Under the pieces are notes generated by a model. The model searched no databases and was not told where the DNA came from. It saw only the letters and a list, made by a program, of their open reading frames with translations. From positions 66,464,001-66,528,000 of the forward strand of contig OY740781.1 of assembly GCA_963514005.1 (NCBI GenBank): a stretch of DNA of 64,000 nt, given 5' to 3'. How positions within the stretch are numbered: the first letter of the stretch is position 1; every line of letters begins with the position of its first letter. Below are positions 1 through 8,092 of the stretch, one piece after another. Source of the stretch: Raja brachyura (lineage: Eukaryota). A program made the translations under genes and the position numbers.

Positions 1-322
1 ATCTTGGGTTTATAGGCTCGTTGTCTTGGCGGCGGTTGGTTTTGCAGGAGTCGGCCCAGAATGCCAATGTTGTCGATGTCCTCCACTGCTGCTCTGCCGC
101 TGCATACTGAAGACTGCTAATAATTCTAGCACTATTTGACTAATGGAGAAAATCAGCATCCAATCTATTTTGTACTTGTTCTTCAGAATTAGTTCAGTTA
201 TGTATGTATGAATCAAAAAAAATGTGGCAGCCTTTTTACTTGACACACTGGGTTATTGATATGAACTGAACAATAGTTCAATAGAAATGGCTACCAATAA
301 TCATGTCCAATCAGGTAAAGTG

Positions 323-457
323 AAGGGGTGGGAGATTGCAACCTTCACGTGGTCCACCCCGTTTCGACTAATGCAATTAGTGTGCACAACTAAATAGATC
401 AAATAGAACAAGTTGACCTACAACTTTAGGCTGTGCATGCCATACGCAAGATGAAGA
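323..457 (+). mobile_element. Short non-autonomous retroelement (ribozyme head plus Vingi-like 3' tail)
   Basis: Flanked by the direct repeat AGGTAAAGTG (313-322 and 458-467). Ends ...CAAGTTGACCTACAACTTTAG...GCCATACGCAAGATGAAGA. The tail recurs at 58186-58288 and the head at 59393-59431, on either side of a Vingi-type RT remnant. Confidence 0.72.
325..377 (+). ncRNA. Predicted minimal HDV-like (CPEB3-type core) self-cleaving ribozyme
   Basis: P1 GGGGTGG(325-331)/CCACCCC(354-360); P2 ATTGCA(335-340)/TGCAAT(372-377); P3 ACC/GGT around L3 TTCACGT; J1/4 GT; P4 reduced to TTCGA; J4/2 CTAA. P1, P2 and P3 are fully Watson-Crick and in HDV nested double-pseudoknot order. Confidence 0.8.
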
Positions 458-1097
458 AGGTAAAGTGCAATATATCACAGTGGCGTATGCAATACGCACT
501 GTGACATGATTCCATTTAGATCATGAAGTTTCTTCACAACACAGAATTCACACTCAAGGCCGGGACTGGGCATTCACTCACATTATTCATGTTAGACCAC
601 CTGATGTTTTTCCAGTGTCAAACATAGGGTTAGCTAACACCAGCAGAGCAGCAGCGGGATTTACATCCTCCCTCAAGTGTCTTATGGTAACCAACCAAGC
701 AGGTACAACCAAGCAGGTACAAGTGAATGGGACAATTCCTCAACCAATATCTGCCGATAATAAACATCAGTCTCATAGAGTGCATGTAAACTCGTAGCAT
801 TTGAGAAGCAGTGGTCTTTAGCATAAATCACTGAGAAGGAAATACCCGAGCAGAAAAATCCTTCTTTTCCAGGGAATAATTTCAGATGTACCAAATGTTT
901 TCCTTTCTGGGAAAAAAATGACATTATACCTTTCTATAAAATATCACTTTTACTTGATTTGCATTTTCAACAAACTCATACAGTTTGTAGAAATTAAGAT
1001 AATTTCAATGTAACCTGCAAACTGAAAACCCAAGTATATTCTAAAGGTGAATTATTGGGAAAAGGGAATTCCAAAGAAACAAGAGTGTTCATGTGTT

Positions 1098-1219
1098 AAA
1101 GAAGGAACTGCAGATGCTGGAGAATCCAGGGTACACAAAAGGCTGGAGAAACTCAGCGGGTGCAGCAGCATCTAAGGAGCGAAGGAGATAGGCAACGTTT
1201 CGAGTCGAGACCCTTCTTC
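1098..1219 (-). mobile_element. Penelope-like terminal-repeat fragment with hammerhead-like core
   Basis: The minus strand reads CTGAAGAAGGGTCTCGACTCGAAACGTT... The 16-bp direct repeat AGAGTGTTCATGTGTT occurs at 1082-1097 and 1220-1235. Confidence 0.72.
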
Positions 1220-1387
1220 AGAGTGTTCATGTGTTGCCAGCTGTAAGCAATTGGGAAGGCATTTGGTTGACCTTTATTGCAGGAGGATTTTAGTATAGAA
1301 ATAAAAATTCCTTGCACCAAATATAACACTATACAACGAGAATGTTGTACAGTTTAGACACCTTACCCAAAAATATATACTATGCTT

Positions 1388-1747
1388 TCATAAGATCAAA
1401 AGTTCTACGAGCAGAATTAGGCCATACGGCCCATCAAGTCTTCCCCACCTTTCAATCATGGCTGATCTATCCCTCCCTCTCAACCCCCTGCCATCTACCC
1501 ATAAACCACTGACACTTTACTAATCAATAATCCGTTAATCTAAAAACATAAAAACATCCATTGACTTGGCCTCCACAGCTTTCTGTGGAAATGAATTCCA
1601 CAGATTCACCACTCTCTGACTAAAGTAATTCTGCATCATCTCCTTTTGCGTGGTAGGTTCTTTTATTCTGAGGCTATGACCTCTGGTCCTAGACTCTCCC
1701 ACTAGTGGAAACATCCTCTCCATATTCACTCTATCCAGGCCTTTCAC
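1388..1747 (-). mobile_element. CR1 LINE 3' fragment
   Basis: ORF2 C-terminus ...[16 protein letters not shown]...[19 protein letters not shown], plus 3' UTR. Confidence 0.85.
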
Positions 1748-2164
1748 TTTCTGACTTACCCAGTCAAATCTCCTGATATGAGCACGCTGTCCCTTTAAAT
1801 ATACACAACTGCAACAAACTACACCGGCATGTAGCTGGTTTGACTATGACTGGTCAGTTGACCTTTTCGATTACACCAAAGGCTCAAACAGAGAAGGACA
1901 TAACTGGTGGTATCATCAGATGGGTATCTGTAACTGAAAAAATATTTGGTGCATTAAAGTAAATTGGACACAGAAGCGTCTCGTCTCATTTCCTGTTGTG
2001 CACTTAAAGATATCTATTAAGGTATTGAGTTTCTGGACAACATTATCACTCGTTGATTATATTTATCAGTAATTAATTTTGAATCATTTCTATGAGAGCA
2101 TGTTAAGTCTTGCTCAAATATGTATATTACACCACACAAGGGACCTCTAGTGGAAAGTATTAAC

Positions 2165-2690
2165 ATCAAGACTCGATTGTCATGTGCACTGGGATCAGAA
2201 TAATTAAATTCTTACTTGCTGCAGCTTTACATGCCTATTATTGCAATGACACAACAATAAATATATTATAATAATAAAAATCAGTAATACTGGGTAATCA
2301 AACCATAATAATGCAAAAAAAAATTGAATTATGCAGTCCAACTAAAACAAAATTCATGCTCGATTGTTGCCAAGGTGGGGCTGTGGTTAATTTTTTTGCA
2401 GTGTTCAAGGCATGGTGGATAATGGGAAGAAGCTGTTCATGAACCTGGACGTCATGGATTGCATGCTCCTGTACTCTCTTCCATATGGAAGCAGCGAGAG
2501 GAGGGCATGGTCAAGGTGATGTGGATCATTGATAATATTCGCTGCCTTATTGAGGTCGTACTTCCCATAGATCCCTTTGATGGAAGGCAGGACAATGCCC
2601 ATGTGGACTAGCCAAAAACCATCACCTTTTGCAGCCTCCTTTGTTCAAATTACCAAATCAGACCTCAATGCTTTCTCCCCTACATATATA
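2165..2690 (-). mobile_element. Rex1/Babar LINE 3' fragment
   Basis: IINDPHHLDHALLSLLPYGREYRSMQSMTSRFMNSFFP matches the Rex1-type C-terminal motif HP.H.LF.LLPSGRRYRS...RL.NSFFP. Confidence 0.75.
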
Positions 2691-3240
2691 CTCCACAAAA
2701 ATATTTAGTCAACATTTACTCTTTTAAGCCCCCTGTGAGACGTTGAAAGCAAATAAATGCAGATGCTAGAAACTGAAAATAAAAGAAAACAAAGGTTGAA
2801 GACATTCATTGGGTCAGGCAGCACCTGTGGGGAAGAAAATAAATTAATGATCTTTCATCAGAAATACAAAAACACCCAAACAAGCACATGGGCTGAGTAG
2901 AGAAAGGTTGTCCACGGACACAATTATTTCTAGTCCAAGGGCGGAATATCTATATAACTAAAAGTCTCATCTTGACAACTTCCTGTCTGCGCTGTATACT
3001 GATTTTAGAAAAAACGCTACCCTATATTGCTATGATTTTTGGCCATCTTACTCACAGTCCTCCTCCGCTGAGGCAGCCCCAAGGATTTTTCCAATCGATG
3101 AAAAATAAAAAAGTTATGTGCGTTTAAAAAATCTTGAGATCAGCTGATTGGTCCACTCGCCTGTCAATCACCACGATGAAGGGGGCAGGGCAAGAATATA
3201 AAATCTCTGGATGCCTGGATGTGAGTCAGTCACTCCGGAA

Positions 3241-3400
3241 GATTTGGTGGCCTGCACTCTGCTTGAAATGCTATGAAATTGGATTTGGTGGCCTGCACTC
3301 TGCTTGAAATGCTAGGAAATTGGTAGCCTGCACTTCATTCGGCCCATTCGGCTTGAAATACTATGAAATTGAAGTTGGTGGCCTGCACTCTGCTTGAAAT
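3241..3400. repeat. ~41-bp degenerate tandem repeat
   Basis: GATTTGGTGGCCTGCACTCTGCTTGAAATGCTATGAAATTG units starting at 3241 and 3282, with degenerate copies to ~3400. Confidence 0.8.
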
Positions 3401-3420
3401 TGAATTTCAAGGAATAGCCA

Positions 3421-3649
3421 TGAGTGAACTGCCAGTCCACCAGCCCTGAGTGACTGATCTGCCAACCCACCACGTCTGAGTGACTGAGCTGCCAGCCCAT
3501 CAGCCCTGATTGACTGAGCTGCCAGCCCTCCAGCCCTGAGTGACTGAGCTGCCAGCCCACCAGCTCTGAGTGACTGAGCTGCCAGCCCACTAGGTCTGAG
3601 TGTCTGAGCTGCCAGCCCACCAGGTCGGAGTGACTGAGCTGCCAGCCCA
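3421..3649. repeat. 30-bp minisatellite, ~7.6 copies
   Basis: Unit TGACTGAGCTGCCAGCCCACCAGCCCTGAG with exact 30-bp periodicity. Confidence 0.95.
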
Positions 3650-3787
3650 AGAATTCATTCGGCTCACATTGTCCATACTAGCCATCTGGAAACCAATCAC
3701 TTCGGCCCACAATACCCATATCAGCACTCCAGATAGCTCCCCCCCCCCCCCCCCCACCCCCCACTGGCCATCAATATTGGAATTACA

Positions 3788-4383
3788 ATAGACAATACAC
3801 AATAGGTGCAGGAATAGGCCATTCAGCCCTTTGAGCCAGCACCGCCATTCAATGTGATCATGGCTGATCGTCCCCAATCAGTACCCCATTCCTGCCTTCT
3901 CCCCATATCCCGACTCTGCTATTTTCCTCTTCACATACCTAAAGAAGCTTTTACGATCCTGCTTTATATTCTTGGCTAGCTTACCTTCATACCTCATCTT
4001 TTCTTCCCGTATAGTCTTTTTGGTTATCTTCTGTTGTTCTTTAAACATTACCCAATCCTCTTGCTTCCTGCTCAAATTTGCTACGTTGTACTTCTTCGCT
4101 TTAATTGTTATACTATCCCCGACGTCCCTTGTCAGCCATGGTCGTCCCTTTCTCCCCATGGAATCTTTCTTCCTCCGAGGAATGAACGAATCCTGCACCT
4201 TCTGTACTATTCCTAGAAACACCTGTCATTTTTGTTCCACTGTCATCCCTACTAGTGTATCTTTCCAGTCAACTTTGGCCAGCTCCTCCCTCATGGCCCC
4301 ATAGTCCCCTATATTTCCCCTACAATATAGTCCCCTACAAAACTATAGTCCCCTACAAAACTGACACCTCCGATCTACTCTTC
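3788..4383 (-). mobile_element. Internally deleted CR1 (3' tail joined to mid-ORF2)
   Basis: A (TATTGTC)n-type tail and 3' UTR (3788-3920) are fused to the PWLTRDV...EKMRYEGKLAKNIKQDRKSFFRYVKRK region. Confidence 0.85.
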
Positions 4384-4384
4384 T

Positions 4385-5290
4385 CAGGTTACTTGGTTAG
4401 ATGAATCAATATACATACCCCTGTGCTGTAAACTTCCCAAGCGAAATATGAGATGCTGTTCCTCCAATTGGCCTCACTCTGACAATGGAGGAGGCCTAGG
4501 ACAGAAAGGTCAATGTGGGAATGGGAAGGAGAATTAAAGTGTTTACCAACCAGGAGATCAGGTACTGTAGGTCCAGGCGAGCTGAGTAAAAGTGTTCAGC
4601 GAAACGATCGCCCTGTCTACGTTTGGTCTCGCCGATGCACGAGTCCACATCTTGAACAACGGATACATTAGGTGAGGTTGGAGGAGGTGCAAGTGAACCT
4701 CTGCTTAACCTGAAAGGACTGTCGGGTTCCGAGGGAGGAGGTATAGGGACAGGTGCTGCATCTCCTGCGGTTGCAGGGGAAGATATCTGAGGTGGGGGAG
4801 GCTTGGGTGGGAAGGGATGAGTTAACCAGGGAGTTACGGAGGAAACAGTCTCTGCAGAAGGAGGAAAAGGGTGGAACTGGGAAGATGTGAATAGTGGTGG
4901 GATCCCTTTGGAGCTGGCAAAAATGTCAGAGGATGATGTGTTGTATACGATGGCTGATGGGGTGAAAGGTAAGGACTAGGGGGACTTTGTCTCTGTTGTG
5001 ACTACAGGGAGGGGCAGCAAGGGCAGAGCATTGAGGAGACACTATGCCCTGTTTCCCTTATCATTGTTACTTTTTTTGCATATCTTTAATTCATTTGTTC
5101 TACAGTATATCTCTCAACATCATCGTCTATATCTCTTGTTTGCCTTTGCCGTGACTTTCAGACTGAAGGGTCTCGACCCGAAACGTCACCCATTCTTTCT
5201 ATCCAGAGATGCTGCCTGTCCCACTGAGTTACTCTAGCATTTTGTGTCTATCTTCGGTTTAAACCAGCATCTGCAGTTCCTTCCTACTCA
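4385..5290 (-). mobile_element. Penelope-like element: GIY-YIG remnant (minus) plus inverted terminal segment (plus, ~5040-5290)
   Basis: The minus strand gives FQVKQRFTCTSSNL..CIRCSRCG..IGETKRR.GDRFAEH..HFNSPSHSH.DLSVLGLLHCQSE with frameshifts. It is followed by an oppositely oriented terminal repeat containing GGGTCTCGACCCGAAACGTC. Confidence 0.85.
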
Positions 5291-5989
5291 GCTGTGATTC
5301 AGAACTGTCTTACCCAGAGACGACAGAGGGAAATGGCAGAAGGGTGTTATTCTCTCTGGAGATCTGTGACCAGTCATAGAGGAAATAGCTTTAAAGTGAG
5401 AGGGGAAATTACAGCATCTTGTTAGAAGGTGTACTTTCGTAATGAGTTTGTATCAACTGCATCTGACCAAGCTGTTCTAGCAGTTGAATTGTAGCTTCAA
5501 GCAGAAACAGAAGTAGTGTCCTTATCTAATTCATTGGAGATTATAGAAAATATCTTTCATTTTGTTTTAATGATCATTATGGCCTCTATTATCAGCAACT
5601 ACCTAACAGTCACTGGCTTTCCGAGACAGTGACCATACCAAGATAAATGCATAAACCATTAGATCATAATGAAGGTTTTAATTGAAGTGGTTGCATTTGT
5701 GTATACAGGAAACCAAAACCAAAACATACATAGCAAACAGGAACAATCTGTTTATTATATAGGAGCAATGATTACATCAGAAATTGAAGTAGTTTCCCAT
5801 ATAAATTATTTCATCAGGAATGGATGTCATTTCCCAAATATTTTAGGCACAAGCAAAGTTTGAGTTGCACTTTTAATTGGAATTGAAGTGCACTTTAATA
5901 CACAGGCAGGCAGAAGTACAACAGACAGGCCCTTTGCCCAAATATATTTGTACCAACCATGAATTCAATTTGGACAGTACATTTAAAAA

Positions 5990-7050
5990 AATAGACAATA
6001 GGTGCAGGAGTCAGTCAACCCTTCGAGCCAGCACCGCCATTCAATGTCATCATGGCTGATCATCCCCAATCAGTACCTCGTTCCTGCCTCCTCTCCATAT
6101 CTCCTGACTGCTATCTTTAGGAGCCCTATCTAGCTCTCTCTTGAAAGTATCCAGAGAACGGGCCTCCACCGCCTTCTGAGGCAGATAATTCCACAGACTC
6201 ACAACTCTCGGTGTGAAAAAATGTTTCCTCATCTCCGTTCTAAATGACCAGTGGCAGCGCTGCCCAAGCAGCTGCGGCTCGCCTGCAGTCCGTCCATCTG
6301 TCTTTTTCTTCTTCTTTTGTCTTATTAGATGTGTGTTTTTGTTTATTTTTAGTTGAGTACGTGTGGGGGGTGGAAGAAACTTGTTTTTAGTCTCTTCTTT
6401 CAGGGGGGGATACGACTTTTTCTTTGTCGTATCCCCGTCTTCGTTGTGGCCTATTCGCGGAGCTGGCGGCCTCCAACTGGGACCGACCTCGAGGCTCTGG
6501 TGGCAGAGCCAGGACTTAGAGCTTACTTACCATCGCGAAGCTTGGTCGACTTTGGGGCTGTGGTGGCGCTGCGGCGATGGCCCGACTTTGGAGCCTCAGA
6601 GGCTTCGGTCATGGGCCCAGTGGACGACAACATCGGGAGCTCGCAGGTCCCAGGTTGGTGACCGATTCTCCGGAGCTCCCGCAACGACAGCTTGGTCCAC
6701 TGGACTGGAGGGTGGCAGCTTGGTCCGCCCCCGGGCCGTGGAGTTTGAACCGGCCCGTTCGCGGAGGTCGGATTCGGCTGCGGGATTTGCCATCACCCGG
6801 CAGGGAGCCCAACATCGAAAATCTGGACCCAGAGGGAGAACAAGGAAGGAAGAGACAAGGACTTTAAGACTTTTACCTTCCATCACAGTGAGGAGGTGCC
6901 TGGCAGACTCACTGTGGTGTATGTTAAACTGTGTTCATTGTGTGTTCTGTTGTTTTATTTATTTTTTGTTATGACTCCAGGGTACGTAATTTCGTTCAAA
7001 CTGGACTTGACTTAACGGTTTACCCCTTATTCTTAAAATTCTGTTGAGAA
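5990..7050 (-). mobile_element. CR1 3' fragment split by the insertion at 6249-7010
   Basis: RKHFFTPRVVSLWNYLPQKAVEA; the sequence resumes at ~7015 with TTACCCCTTATTCTTAAA. Confidence 0.8.
6249..7010 (+). mobile_element. ~750-bp GC-rich non-autonomous retroelement (unclassified)
   Basis: Colinear second copy at 49548-50298; both copies interrupt CR1 elements. Confidence 0.75.
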
Positions 7051-8092
7051 ATGTCCTCATTTTTAAGGTCAACACAACTTTTTCCTCCTTCCCCAACAGC
7101 TGCAGCAGTATGCTTCCTTTCATTGACTGGGGAACTAGGACAGCCCGGTTTCCTGGGCCTCTCCCTTTCATCATCTATTGTCATTGAGATCATAATTTTT
7201 CTTCCTGTATTTGCCACCTAAATGCAAAACCTCAAAATAATCAACATTATATTCATTACTTTGCATCAGGATTGCATTCACCCATTTACTTATCAAACCA
7301 TGATGTAACCTCTCTGGATCCTCTTTCAGGCTCACACTTCCACCCAGCTTTATGTCCACCACAAACCTGGAGATTCTTGGAGTGTTCTGTAAATGGATCT
7401 TTGTCCCCAATCATAGACACATAAAAAGTAGAAAGCCCATCTGCTCCATTCTCTCAGCATTTGACAGTCCCGCCATCCTGGGAATTAACCTTGTAAACCT
7501 ACGCTGCACTCCCTCAATAGCAAGAATGTCCTTCCTCAAATTAGGGGACCAAAACTGCACACAATATACCAGGTGTGGTCTCACTAGGGCCCTATACAAC
7601 TGCAGAAGGACCTCTTTGCTCCCATACTCAACTCCTCTTGTTATAAAGGCCAACGTGCCATTCGCTTTCTTCACTGCCTGCTGTACCTGCATGCTTACTT
7701 TCATTGACTGATGAACAAGGATCCCGTTGTACTTCCCCTTTTCCCAATGACACCATTTATATAGTAATCTGCCTTCCCTGTTTTTGCAACCAAAGTGGAT
7801 AACCTCACATTTATCCACATTAAACTGCATCTGCCATGCATCTGCCCACTCACCCAACCTGTCCAAGTCACCCTGCATTCTCATAGCATCCTCCTCACAA
7901 TTCACACTGCCACCCAGCTTTGTGTCATCTGCAAATTTGCTAATGTTACTTTGAATCCCTTCCTCTAAATCATTGATGTATATTGTAAATAGCTGCGGTC
8001 CCAGCACCGAGCCTTGCGGTACCCCACTAGTCACTGCCTGACATTCTGAAAGGGACCAGTTAATCCCTACTCTTTGTTTCCTGTCTGCCAAC

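Larger units (their letters stand above)
2949..3787 (+). mobile_element. Non-autonomous Helitron, 5' part (3' end lost at a CR1 insertion)
   Basis: Starts A|TCTATATAACTAAAAGTCTC. The first ~280 bp are homologous to 41137-41400, and it contains internal minisatellites. Confidence 0.65.

Noticed and set aside
1-246. Minus-strand ORF 10-246 and an alternative open frame (..RAAVEDIDNIGILGRLLQNQPPPRQRAYKPK) as an exon of a neighbouring gene such as PDE4D or as a transposase start
   Set aside because: No recognisable motif, truncated by the window edge, and no supported splice structure.
692-719. 14-bp tandem duplication CAACCAAGCAGGTA
   Set aside because: An ordinary slippage-type duplication with no further structure.
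3312-3650. Repetitive 112-aa ORF, or a CRISPR-like array
   Set aside because: It is a translation of a 30-bp minisatellite. There are no unique spacers or cas genes, and the context is eukaryotic.
6363-6974. 203-aa ORF as a protein-coding gene
   Set aside because: It lies within a GC-rich interspersed repeat, has no domain, and its start and extent are not preserved in the second copy at 49548-50298.
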